Below are positions 45,430 to 59,141 of a DNA stretch of 64,000 nucleotides, piece by piece (the stretch's first letter is position 1; every line of letters begins with the position of its first letter). The notes under the pieces are model-generated. The model made no database searches, was not told the DNA's origin, and saw only the letters and a program-made list of their open reading frames with translations. Source of the stretch: Piromyces finnis finn (Eukaryota; Fungi; Neocallimastigomycota); assembly GCA_002104945.1 (NCBI GenBank), contig MCFH01000101.1, positions 1 through 64,000 on the forward strand. Reading direction: 5' to 3'. Position numbers and translations under genes: made by a program.

Positions 45430-48096
45430 TGATAAATAATGAATTTAATAAATATAAAATTATTATTATACCTGATTTTTAAGTTAACCTTAAAAGTAAC
45501 TTAAAATAAGTTATAGTTTAATTAATTACTTTTACCAGAATTTTAAAATAAAATTAATCCTTAACACTGCATATATTTTGATTATTGAAAGAAAAAATAA
45601 TAAATTTTAATTAATCGAGATCAAAATATATAACTTTTGTTAAATTAATTGATAAATTAAATACTTAATAACTTCTTTAATAAATTACACTTTAAAAGTA
45701 AACAAATATAATAATTCATATTATAAAATAATATAATTAAACACCTTTATTAAAACATTAAAAATAATTATTACTTTAATTAATTGTAAAATAAACAACT
45801 TTTTATATTCTTTAACTTTTAATTATTTCTTTTATTGTTATTGGTAATTGCTTTTATTGTAAATAGTTATTAATTTTATTATTTATTTTAATGTAAATAG
45901 TTTAAATTTAAAATAAAATATAAATACATGTAAATATTCTTATTTTAATCATTATTAGTATTAATAATAAAGAAAATATTATATAGTTTAGTTAGTATTT
46001 CTATAATTTTAATAATCATTTTAATAACTTAATAAATAAAATTTTAAATATTTAAATATTAGAAAAACGAGTGTTTCTAATAAAACAATTTAGTGCTGTA
46101 ACAAAACAATTTTATTAATTTTTATAAAACATTATTTTATAAATATAACTTATACAGTTATATCTAAAGATATAATATAATAATCACTTTTTGTGTTAAA
46201 TCACGCAGATTCGGGTTAGGTTTGGATTAATTAACTAGGTCGGGAATGGTTATAAACTAATAATAATAGAAATTAATTTTCTTAATTATCCGGTTATTGG
46301 ATTAAATTATATGCAATGGCTTTATTAACTAAAATAACACTTTAATTTCAAATTTCATTAAATTAAAATTAAGTTTAAATCAACTTTTATTTATAAAATT
46401 AGTTACAAGGGAAATCTAATGTAATTTATTAATCTTTACTATTATTAATTTATCTAATTAAAATTAATAATCTTACTACTGATCAACATTTAACTAAACT
46501 ACTCTATTTATACTAATTTCACAAAGTTACAATTTTTACATAATTAATCATTAATCCACATGGCTATTTTATTAATATTAATTAATTAATTTTTGTAACT
46601 ATGATTTTTATAAACTGTTACGAGTAATAATAATTATTAATATAATATATTATTATTTTAAGTCATGAGTTTAAATAACTTCTCACAACTTTTATCATCT
46701 GATTACTAATTTAGTAATTAATAATTAAATTTATTATTAATAGTAATACTTAAACCAATATCTAAAAGTTTAGAAAAATTTTTATTAATTTTAAGTGTGA
46801 AATTTTTAATATTTAATTTATACTGAATTCCCTTTAATTGGTCATAAGTATCTCAACTTTTTGGAATATTGATGATTTAAATGTACCAAAAGATAGCTTA
46901 GGCCTTTAGCTTTCTAATGTTCATAATATCATCAAAGTAATTTGATTTTTCCAGTAATTTTCTTGGGTTTCGTAATTCAAACTTCATTCAAGGGTTAAGT
47001 GTTTCACATCTATGGGATTATCTAAACCCACTTAGATTCATGACATTTTGATGTTAAGTTTTTGGATTTGGTTATGCGGCCAGGTCAGAATGTTATCAAT
47101 TATATAGTAAATATGTTTTTAAGAAATTAAATTTAAATATAAAATAACCCTTTAAACTTCCAAATGAAAAATTAATATTTATTCTTTAGAATAACTTTTT
47201 TTATAAAATTTTATTTATTTATTAATAATAATATAAATGATAATATATTTAATAACTATATAATTAAGATTATAACTATAATCTTTACAAAGAATTAAAA
47301 TCAAATTCAATTCATTCTATTTTATATTCTTTGTTCAGATTATTAAATTGATAAAAATAAAGTATTACATGTAATATGTTAATAATATAATAAGATTGTT
47401 TGTTTGTTTGTTTGTTTGTTTGTTTTGTCATGACATAAAATAAAATAAACATATGATTAATCATTTAAACACTTGATCTATTAACCTATTTTATAATAAT
47501 TAAAATTATTTAATTTATAAATGTTAACTGTTACACCTAAATGGTTTAGTTCTATTTTTAGTAACAGTCACTATCATTAATTAAATTAATATAATTAGAA
47601 TTTCTATTGATATCTTTTTAATTTTCGTCAAGTCATAAGAAATGTCTATGATCCATACTTGATATCATATTAATTTTAATTTACTTATTAAAATCTTCAA
47701 ATGATCATATCTTCCTTAAATGACCAGTTAGAAGGACCGCGATTATACCAAAATATAGCTTTTCCCTTAAGCTTTCTAATAAACCTGGTTTCACAACCGT
47801 AGCACTTACAGCCGTAGCGATAGTTTTTGGCGAGTTATGCGTAGTTTCGTATTTGTTTATTTTTGGCTAAGGGTTATAGTGTATTGATATTAAATTTTTT
47901 GAAATCATAACCCTTTCACTGAACCAAAATTTAAAAGGTGACTTTTAAAGGTGTTTTAAAATAATTATTGGGATCATTTAATTCTAATTATTATGTTTAA
48001 TTAATTATAGATATTATCTGAATTTGTTTTAAATCCAGTTAATATCTTCACATTTGAAGTAAAATTCAAAATTAAGATTATTATAAAATTATATCA
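45430..48096 (+). mobile_element. LTR family A (A3) interrupted near its end by T (46192-47045) and C3 (47052-48052); ends 22 bp upstream of tRNA-Arg
   Basis: A sequence stops at TAATCACTTTT (46191) and resumes TTTGAAGTAAAATTC..ATATCA at 48053-48096. C3 has TSD TTTGA at 47047-47051 and 48053-48057 and carries a further insertion at about 47426-47851. T reads TGTGTT..CATGACA with TTTT flanks. Confidence 0.85.
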
Positions 48097-48118
48097 ACGC
48101 CTTTTTAAATTAATAAAA

Positions 48119-48192
48119 GCTCGCGTAGCCTAATTGGATAGGGCGTCAGACTTCTAATCTGAAGATTGCGGGTTCGAGTCCCGCCGTGAGTG
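48119..48192 (+). tRNA. tRNA-Arg(TCT)
   Basis: Identical to 35350-35423. Confidence 0.96.
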
Positions 48193-48274
48193 AATAATGA
48201 ATTTTTTTTTACAAAAATTGCTGAATATTTTTATATTATTTTATATTGATTAAAATAAATGTCATTTATTTTTA

Positions 48275-48306
<32 letters not shown>

Positions 48307-48717
48307 TAATATGTTTTAAACTATAACAAAAAAGAAAAGAACAGAAAAAAAAAGTTTAAAAATTAAAAATTATTGGAGTTAAAAGTTAATGTTAATCATT
48401 AAGTGGACTCTTAAAATTAAATAGATATTTGATGAACTTAAAATAAGATTAAAATTACTTTTATCATAAGCTTGCCAGATAAAATATAACGCAAGTCACA
48501 AAAATATACTATTTCAATATATACTAATATATTAATTGAAAAGTGAAAATATTTATTATTTATTTAAAAAGTATTGTTTAAAGCTTATTCTTATTAAGTT
48601 ATAGAATAAATAATTGATAATTCTAATTATAGATTCTCATAAATGGTTAATAATTGTTATTAATTGCTTCGATCTGTTTCGATCAAATCAAACAATCTTT
48701 TGATTCTTTGATTAAAG

Positions 48718-48749
48718 TAATAATATTATTATTAATAATAATAATGATG

Positions 48750-48819
<70 letters not shown>

Positions 48820-48838
48820 TAATAATAATAATAATAAC

Positions 48839-48894
<56 letters not shown>

Positions 48895-48898
48895 TAAC

Positions 48899-48969
<71 letters not shown>

Positions 48970-48979
48970 TAACAATAAC

Positions 48980-49024
<45 letters not shown>
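48718..49024. repeat. (AAT)n with interspersed AAC
   Basis: Direct reading; source of spurious ORFs. Confidence 0.92.
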
Positions 49025-49025
<1 letters not shown>

Positions 49026-49199
49026 GAAAATTTTTAAATGAAATTATTTTTCGTAAGTTAGATGACTTGAATAATGATTTAAATATATATATTATCTTTT
49101 ATTATATTATATATACTATTATTAATCAATTTAATATTTAATATAGTATATTGATATAATACTAATTAAATCCTTAATATAACTATACCTTGCTAAGTA

Positions 49200-49260
49200 A
49201 TAGTGGAAATTGGGAAAATTAGCAGAAATTTTGTGATAATATAGATTTAAGTTAAGGCTT

Positions 49261-49294
<34 letters not shown>

Positions 49295-50792
49295 TTAAGC
49301 ATTGATATTTCATGAATCAGCAGAAATATCAAATCCATTTTAACATATGTTGTTGTTCACGAGTGTGACCCTATCTAATAATCATAATTTTATGCAAAAA
49401 TATTTTCATCCAAAAATTCACATTTGTTGTTGAGCTATGATTGTTTCTCTTTTGCTATTTATAATCTTAAAGGTTAAAAGTGTTTGCATTAATTTTTTAT
49501 AAAAGGTAAAGGTCATGCTAATGCTGCTTTAATCTTTAACAAGTTTAATATTTCTTAACATTGTTATATAATTTTAAAATTTGATAATAATTAATTTTTC
49601 TATATTTTAAAAGTAATTTTGCAATTTCAAGATCACTTGAAATTGCAGATTTCACTAGTATCCGTGACACATTGTTAAATCTTAGAGTTTGGTTATGCGG
49701 CCAAGTCAGAATGTTATTAATTACATAGTAAAAATGTTTTGTAAGAAATTAAATTTAATTATAATATAACCCTTAAAACTTCCAAATAAGAAAAGTCAAT
49801 ATTTGGTTTTAAAATAACTTTATTATAAAATTTTATTTATTTAATAATAATAATATAAAATGATAATATATTTAGTAACTATATAATTAATATTATAACT
49901 ATAATCTTTACAAAGAATTAAAATCGAATTCAATTCATTCTATTTTTCCTCTGTTAAGATAGAGATAAGGTATTACATGTAATATATTAATAATAGAATA
50001 CTTACACTGAATCAAAATTTAAAAGGTGACTTTTAAAGGTGTCTTAAAGTAATTATTGAAATTATTTAATTATAATTATTATGTTTAATTAATTATAGAT
50101 ATTATCTGAATTTATTTTAAATCCAGTTAATATCTTCACACATTGTCAAGAATCTAAGTGGATTTAAGTTTATAATTAAGTCTACTAGGTTAGGATAGGC
50201 TTAATTATATAGTAAAGTAAGTGTTAAGATAAGGAATAATAAATATAGTTTTTAAAGAATTATTTTATTCAGCTTTTATTAATATATAAATATTAATTAT
50301 TAATTTTTAAATATTGAATTTACTATATAAAAAAAGAGTATTAATAATCTCACAAAGAACTTCTTAAAATCGTTCTTTGTTCAACTTATTTATACTTTCA
50401 TTTTTAATATAATATTGATATTAATAAAGTATAATAATAATAATATTTTTAAGTTATACATGTATAATAATATAAATATAAATATTAATAAAATATAATA
50501 ATATAATAATATAAAAATATAATTTTCTTTAAATATTGATATTAATAAGTTGTTAAAAATAATATTAATAATTGTTTAAATGAATCATATTTTACTAATT
50601 GGTTTGTTTAATATTAATTAATTGTTACACTATTTATCTCCGGATAATAAATAGCTTCCCAATTAATATTTATATTAAATCAACTATTATTAGTAAAATA
50701 TTATTAAATTAATATTTTAATTAATTTAATTAATAATTTCAAAATTATGAAATTTCATGAAATGTCGAATTTCATGAATTGAGATTTTGACA
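49200..50792. mobile_element. LTR stack: reversed F (about 49200-49669), C2 (49673-50140), K2 (50144-50792, TSD CACAT)
   Basis: Junctions GTGACA-CAT-TGTTAAAT and CTTCACA-CAT-TGTCAAG. CACAT occurs at 49668-49672, 50139-50143 and 50793-50797. Confidence 0.85.
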
Positions 50793-50860
50793 CACATATA
50801 AAAAATTTATATAGTTTTTATAATTTAGTTAATAAAATTTTCACGAAAAAAAAGTGTAAA

Positions 50861-50933
50861 GCGAAGTTGGCGCAGTCGGCAGCGCGTAAGTCTCATAATC
50901 TTAAGGTCGTGAGTTCGAACCTCACACTTCGCA
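50861..50933 (+). tRNA. tRNA-Met(CAT), elongator type
   Basis: Identical to 8430-8502, followed by a T-run terminator. Confidence 0.95.
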
Positions 50934-51294
50934 GTTTTTTATTAATTGAAGCAATATAATATTTTTATACTCTGATGTTTTAACCTTTTCAAAAATTTTT
51001 ACCCATAAAAATTGACATTTATAAATTTTTAATTATTTTAAATAAATTATTTGAATTTTTAAATTATTAGTATTAATTTTAAAAGTTAAATTAGATAAGT
51101 GCTATTTGAAATTAATTTTGAATCAAATTAATGTCTTTACATTTTAATATTGTAGAGCTTATTTCTTTTTATCTATAATACAATAAGCCTTTAATATTGA
51201 TACGTTATTTTTATATAAAGTAACTTAAAATAATATGACAAGCTAGTTAAACGCTATAAATAATATATTAATAATTTATTTTAATAAAAAGAAT

Positions 51295-51690
51295 AAAAAT
51301 AATACTTGTTATGAAAATAGAGTAAATAATAAAAACAATGAAAAAAAAAATAAAAATAATACTTGTTATGAAAATAGAGTAAATAATAAAAACAATGAAA
51401 AAAAAATAAAAATAATATTTGTTATGAAAATAGAGTAAATAATAAAAACAATGAAAAAAAAATAAAAATAATACTTGTTATGAAAATAGAGTAAATAATA
51501 AAAACAATGAAAAAAAAATAAAAATAATACTTGTTATGAAAATAGAGTAAATAATAAAAACAATGAAAAAAAATAAAAATAATACTTGTTATGAAAATAG
51601 AGTAAATAATAAAAACAATGAAAAAAAAATAAAAATAATACTTGTTATGAAAATAGAGTAAATAATAAAAACAATGAAAAAAAAATAAAA
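51295..51690. repeat. 57-58-bp minisatellite, about 7 copies
   Basis: Unit AATAATACTTGTTATGAAAATAGAGTAAATAATAAAAACAATG(A)nTAAA. Confidence 0.9.
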
Positions 51691-53814
51691 ATATATATAT
51701 ATATAATATTATTTATTTTCTTTATTTTTATTTTTTTTTTAAACTTTCTTTATATTATGTTATTTCATATTGCTATTTTTATTTAATGCTATTGGTATTA
51801 TATTTAATTTATTTTATTTCATTTATATCAACAGTATGTTTCATAATAATACATATATAAATTTAAAAATATATATTTTTTTTTTAATTTAAAAATTTTT
51901 AATATAAAGGTTAAGCTTTTTTAAGTATATAATAAATAAAATTATTCTAATCCTTTTTATTAAATTTTCAAAAATTTTATATTATTAAAAATTTAAAAAT
52001 TTAGAAATTTACAAAAAATTTTATATTTTAACAATTTGAGATATTAAGCATTTATAACATTTATAATAATTATAATAGCTAAATTAAAATTGTAATAATT
52101 TATATTATATTATTCATATATAAAAATAATATTTTTTCAAAAATTATAAACCTTTAGAGTTAGTCATTTATTTTCTTAACCTAAATCTATTTTAAGTTTA
52201 CAATAAAATTTCTTGATACAATTTAACTTAAGTTGGTATTTAGATCATTTCCGGAAAATAAAAATGCTAATGCTAATAATATTTTTATATAGATGTCATT
52301 AGCCTCAAGCCATCTTCAATAAGAAAAAAGTATTAAACTAATTATTTAATTTAACTTGCTGAGTTTTAAATCCAAACTATGTCAAAATAAGCATTTACTC
52401 TAAAACTTCAAATATAGTTATCTCATTTATAAAAATAAATTAATTAATTATTTATTTACTTACTAATATTCACTAAACTACTCCTAAAATGAGCCATTAC
52501 TTATTTTATCCAATATGGAGCTTGATTATAACTTTAAGAGTGGTATTTAAATTATTTAATTATTAATTATAATATATATTAGTACATATTAATTTAATAT
52601 TAATTAAATTTATTATTAATTAAATATATTAGTAAAATTAAACTTGCTATTAGTTTATCATTATTTTAACTCTATATTAATTGACTGTCGAGTTGTAGTA
52701 GTTAGAACGTAATTTAATCCGAATGTTTTATTTAATTTAATATAGTAATTGATAAAGATTACAATTAATTATCAGACTAACTAATTAAACTTTCTTTTTT
52801 AAACAATGAAAAGTATTGTTTAAAGCTTGTTTAAATAGAAGAATTATATAATTGAATTCTGAAAGAAAATGACACGTATTCAAATATATTTTAAATTTTA
52901 AATATACTTAAAAAGTGATATATATGTATATTTTTGAATGATTTATTTTTACATATACGCTTGTTATACATTATATTACTATTATAATATATGCAAATAA
53001 ATTATAATGTATTATAAAGTTTATTGTTATTGTAATTATTAGAGTAAAAATATTTAAATTAATGAATTCTCGAGATTCCTAATGATAGGAATTTTTTTCG
53101 AGTATTTACACCCTCTCTATTTTTAAAGATTACATTTTAAATTTAATACATGATCAATTATTTATATTAATTGTCTATTCTATAAATTAAATATGTATTA
53201 ATTACATATACCTTTTTTTAAAACCTCGTATTATATTTGTACATAATAATTATAAAGTCATAAGAAAAAAAAAAAAATTTTTTTATAATTTTTATAATTT
53301 CTATAATTTTTATAATTTCTATAATTTTTATAATTTCTATAATTTTTATAATTTCTATAATTTCTATAATTTTTATAATTTCTATAATTTTTATAATTTC
53401 TATAATTTTTATAATTTCTATAATTTTTATAATTTCTATAATTTTTATAATTTCTATAATTTTTATAATTTTATAATTTTATAATTTTTATAATTTCTAT
53501 AATTTTTATAATTTCTATAATTTTTATAATTATTTCTATAATACATACCAAATGTAGTAATTTTTAATTATCTAATAATACAAGAGTTATTAAATAATAC
53601 TATAATTTTTATAATTAAATATAGTATATTTTATATTTTAAAAATTAACTAACACTTGAAATGAACAAGTATAAAAATCGTTAATTTTTTAATTTATTTT
53701 TCTTTATTTATTTTTAATAATTTATTTATTAAATTTTAGATACAAATATTATCACTTTCTATATTCATTTATATTTATATAATTAAGATAATATCATCCT
53801 TATATCAAAATTAT

Positions 53815-54466
53815 TGTAAAAGGTTTATTATATTTTCTATAAGAGGAATAGATTTATATATTATTTTATATAAAAAAATATTATACTAATAAATAAGTAA
53901 CAACCTCTCATACGAGCTAATAGTATAAATAATATTTTTATATTAAAATTTATAAATAAATTAGTAATTAAACAATGAATAAAGTCATTTAGTTATATAT
54001 AATAATAAATGTTTATCATCTTATTTCTCTTACTAATATAAACTATCTTTACCTACTTTAAATATAATTATTCTATATTATTAATTATTTATTATAATAT
54101 TTTACTTTAATACTAACGCTAAAGTATTAGCGTTTGTTTACATGTTTTCTTTTATAATATTATTAATATGTATTAACTATTATTAATTAATATTATTAAA
54201 TATTAATTAATAATATTATTTACTTACTATAATAATACATGTTAATTATTTAAATATAAAATATTATATAAATATAAAATATATAAAATATATAAAATAT
54301 TATATAAAATATATAAAATATATAAAATATTATATAAAATATATAAAATATTATATAAAATATATAAAATATTATTTAAATATATAAAATATTATTTAAA
54401 TATAAAGTAATTATCAATATTTTATAGTATTTTATAATATAATATTAGTAAATAAATTATATCACA
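53815..54466. mobile_element. J-family LTR upstream of tRNA-Glu; right terminus uncertain (54466 or 54496)
   Basis: TGTAAAAGGTTTATTATATTTTC start; matches 29597-30252 and the reverse of 6800-7223. No TSD confirmed. Confidence 0.7.
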
Positions 54467-54558
54467 TGAAATATCATATCATATGATAAATTAACATAAA
54501 TATATGTGATTATATATTATAGCATTTAGTAATATTAATCCGTTATAGATAAAGAGTA

Positions 54559-54630
54559 TCCGCATTGGTCCAGTGGCTAGGATTCCACGCTTTCACCGTG
54601 GCGGCCGGGGTTCGATTCACCGATGCGGAA
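54559..54630 (+). tRNA. tRNA-Glu(TTC), variant with a T-stem mismatch
   Basis: As 35268 but CGGGG-TTCGATT-CACCG. Confidence 0.9.
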
Positions 54631-54639
54631 GTCTTTGAA

Positions 54640-54713
54640 GCTCGCGTAGCCTAATTGGATAGGGCGTCAGACTTCTAATCTGAAGATTGCGGGTTCGAGT
54701 CCCGCCGTGAGTG
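54640..54713 (+). tRNA. tRNA-Arg(TCT), 9 nt downstream of tRNA-Glu
   Basis: Identical to 35350-35423. Confidence 0.96.
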
Positions 54714-56822
54714 AGGATTTTATTTTATAGAATGTTCATTTAAGATAGTAGTTTTATTTAATTATCATATATACATTTCTTATTTTATAAATATATAATT
54801 CGTTTATTTAAATAAATAATTTTATAATTTTTTTTTCTAGTATAGTAATAAAATAATAAAATTGAAAAATCATAATAATGAATAATAGTATAGTATAGTA
54901 TAGTATAGTATAGTATAGTATAGTATAGTATAGTATAGTATAGTATAGTATAGTATAGTATAATTTATTATGTGGAATTGTGTTTTCTGTTCTAATAAAG
55001 AATAAATAAAAAACTAAAACAATATTTAAGAAAAATGAATTATATATTAAATCATTAATTTTTTTTATATTTTATATTTTTATATATTTATATATTTGTA
55101 TTTTTATATTTTTATATTTTTATATCTTTATATTTTTATATCTTTATATTTTTATATCTTTATATTTTTATATTTTTATATCTTTATATTTTTATACTTT
55201 GATACTTTAATATGTGATATTAAAAAATTGCTTTTATGTATAAATATTAAATAACTAAAAATTACACATATTTTGACTTGAATTAGATATAATTATAATA
55301 GTGGTAGAAAAACAGAAAACCCTTTTATAAATTTTATTATTTTGTTTTGTAATAATTAAAAAAAAGTTAAGAAAAAAAATATTTTTGTTTCTTGTATCTA
55401 GCATTCTATTAATAAATTTAAACTTAAAAGAAATAGTAATAATTAAAAATTTTATATTAATGCTATTTAAACAATAATAAATAAAATTGAAAATATTTAT
55501 ATATGAATAAACTTGAAATTTATTATGTAGTATACTTTACATTGCTAAGTTAATAACATAGAATATATTATATTCATTTTATTAAGCACAACACACTATG
55601 AAAGATCTATTTTAAAAATACTACTTTTTGTTAATTTTTCAAATTGATTTTTTCATTATTTCTTCATAAAGTATTATGAATAACTGATTTAAACATTAAA
55701 AATAACAAAATATTTACATGCTTTCATATAAATTTTTTAAATTTAAATTTTAAAAATGCCTAAAAAAAAAAAAAAAAAAGACACTACTTTATGAAAATAT
55801 ATAAATTTTAATTTTAAAAATAAACACATTTTTAATTTAAATTATTATTTATAATTAATTAAAGGAACATTCGTTGTTACATACAGCAAGTAGTAATAAA
55901 AAGTAAAGTAATGGAAATTTTTGATTTGAAGTAAATTACTTTTAATTTTGGTTTTATAAAAACTTACTCTTAATTAAATCAGTTATGATTTTATATTGGT
56001 AAATTTAATTACTATTTTATAGCAAATTATATAATCAAAGTTAGTTTAATCATTAAAAATTTATAGTTTTTTCTTATTAGTCATTCATTCATTCATTAAT
56101 TTATTTATTTATTTATTTATTTTGGTAAAAATGTTTTTAATAAACACTCACTATTTTTTCGTATTTTATCATTATCAATTAAGTGATTAGTCATTATATA
56201 GCTTATAATATGTTTTTAAATATAATGTTTAATTATTATTTATATATTATATGGAATCCTTTATTTCATTTTCATTAAATCTTGATAATGCATATAATAA
56301 AAGAAATAAACTCAGTTTTTAATTTTTTGTAAAGATTATATAATTATAATTTTAATTATATAACTAGTAAATATTCATACATATATTAAAAATCATAATA
56401 AAAAACATTTTAAAATTAATATTTATTCTATAAATATAATGTATATCTTTGAGATTATTTAATAATAAGTATTAATGATTAAGTAATGATTTTACATTTT
56501 AATAAAAGATTATTTCATAAATTCATTAAATACGATTCGTGGAGTAATTAAATAAAAAATTGTTTAAATAAAAACAAAATTTTGATAAATATTTAAATTT
56601 ATGGAACAAGTAAATTTATTCAAAATAACTATAAAATATTTTATTTTTTACTTTCACTTTATTTTAAATTACTTTAACATATATAATGTAGTATTAAAAA
56701 TAGGGATATATTCAAATTGGATCAAGAAATACATATTTGATTTGTTTTAATTAAGCTTTATTGCTCTGGTTTATTAAATAATTATAATTTTTCCAATTAG
56801 CAATAATACTATTAATTAAAAA

Positions 56823-56894
56823 TGGAGAGTGAGTGATTCGAACACCCAACCTTCCGCTCTGGAGGCGGACGCGCTACCGTTGCGCCAACCCTCC
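56823..56894 (-). tRNA. tRNA-Trp(CCA)
   Basis: Identical to 37457-37528. Confidence 0.96.
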
Positions 56895-56903
56895 TACTTG
56901 TTC

Positions 56904-57589
56904 TCTCAAATAAATAATTAAATTTATAAATTACAAATTAATAATAATAACAATAATGTCATGAATATTAGTGGATTCATGATAATTTATTTAAATAATG
57001 TTTTATACATTTAATTAATTAGGAGTAATAATTTTATAAAACATTATTAAACAATATTTTTAGAGATTTCTATTAATTATAATTATTAAGATTTTATATT
57101 TATTAAAGTTTAAATAATATCTCTTTGTTCATTTGATGTGGAAGGAAATTTAAATAAATGAAATAGTTAGTCATTCCTCCTCAAATGATTGAAATGGTTT
57201 AAGCAATTAAATAAAGGCAAGTCATAAGCTTAAAGTCATTATATAAATATTTAATATATTTTAATTTATAGAATAGTTAATTATATTAAAATTGAAATCA
57301 TGTATTTTATAATTAATGTAACTTATTAAATAGATTAATCATTTATTAATTGATTTAAAAATTATAAATACTCGAAATTGATTCAACAATTGAACTTTTC
57401 GAGAAATCATTAAGTTTGATAACTCTACTTAGTGAATTAATAAAATATTTGGTTAATAAGATGTATTAATAAATTTATTAATAAATAAAAGTATTATAAT
57501 AATACATAATTTATATTAAATTAATAAGTAGGGTTAGGGCATTCTGACCTAACTTACCTAAATTCATCTTAGATCCTTAACAAATAATA

Positions 57590-57675
<86 letters not shown>

Positions 57676-57709
57676 TAATAATAATAATAATAATAATAAA
57701 ATAAAAAGT

Positions 57710-57751
<42 letters not shown>

Positions 57752-57759
57752 TAAAAAGT

Positions 57760-57798
<39 letters not shown>

Positions 57799-57806
57799 TA
57801 AAAAGT

Positions 57807-57841
<35 letters not shown>

Positions 57842-57910
57842 TAAAACAAAGATAAAAATTAAAATATTTAACATGTATAAAATTATTAAATTAAAAATTA
57901 TAAATGTAAA

Positions 57911-57941
<31 letters not shown>

Positions 57942-58610
57942 TAAATTAAATAGTTTATATTTGTTTATAGTTATACTTTAAAATAATAATTTTGTATAAA
58001 TAGTAATAGAAACATTCATTTTAAAAGATGTTCCTAATAATCCGTTAAAATTAGATAATAATATTAAATTTATTAAAATAATATTTATAATTATGTTCAT
58101 ATACATACGAGATGTATTAATAATAAAATATATATATATATTTAATAATACGAGAGCTATTAAATATCAAAATTTATAATTAAATAAATTTATTTTATAA
58201 AACTAACTAATACTTGAAAATGAACAAGTATAAAAACATTTATTTTTATTTTCTTTATTTTTATTTATTAAATATTTTTTTTAGATACAGATATTATCAC
58301 TTTCTATATTTCATTTATAGAATTAAGATAATATTCTTACCGTATCATTTCTAATAAAGAATAAAATTTATAAATAATCAATCAATATAAACTCTGACTT
58401 AAAAATTTTATTATAAATCTAATATTAAATTAAAATAGCAAACAATTAAGATAATGTAAATATAAATATTTAATTAAATTTTAAAAATGTAAAATATAAA
58501 CAATTTTTGTTTATAAACAAACTTAAATGTAATTAAATAGTATAAATTGAAATAGAAAACATTATTTTAAAAACTGTTACTAATTAGCCAGGAAAATTAG
58601 AATATTTTAA
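56904..58610 (+). repeat. Near-identical paralog of 3180-5968 (lacking F1): H fragment, D LTR 56957-57582 (TSD AATAA), H 3' part, truncated I
   Basis: Line-by-line match apart from microsatellite length and a few substitutions. Confidence 0.92.
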
Positions 58611-59141
58611 AAAACTTACGACCCATTTGACTCTTTGTGTTTGGTTGTTTATTATAAATCTTTATAATAAACTCGATAAGTTTATTTTTACTTTCTATTT
58701 TCTATTCTAATTTGTTCAATACTTCTTATTTCCGCATAATAATACTACAATATTATTCGTTAATATTATTGTAGATAGTAATTTCTGTAAACAATAATAA
58801 GAAATTACTACAATAATAACTCTTCTCGTATTTTGTTTAATTGGACAACAATAATATTAATACATTGATACATTAAACATATTACAAAACAATATATATA
58901 TATATAAAAAAAAAAAATTTTACCAATCAAAAAAAAAAAAAAAATTTTTTACCAATCAAAAAAAAAAAAAAAATTTTTATAAAAAAAAAAAAAAAAAAAA
59001 AAAAAAGATAATTAAACAGTTTAACAAAGGAAAAAAGTCATTTATAATTTTTTTTTTTACTATTAAATATTATTGACATACATAATTAAGACTAATTTTT
59101 TTTTTTCTTTTTATATATATTGTATATATAAACTAAATAAT

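Noticed and set aside
58900-59050. Poly-A tracts as a LINE/SINE tail or as part of the 5' LTR of the plus-strand element
   Set aside because: No non-LTR ORF, TSD or PBS was found; it includes a short tandem duplication and may be homopolymer noise.
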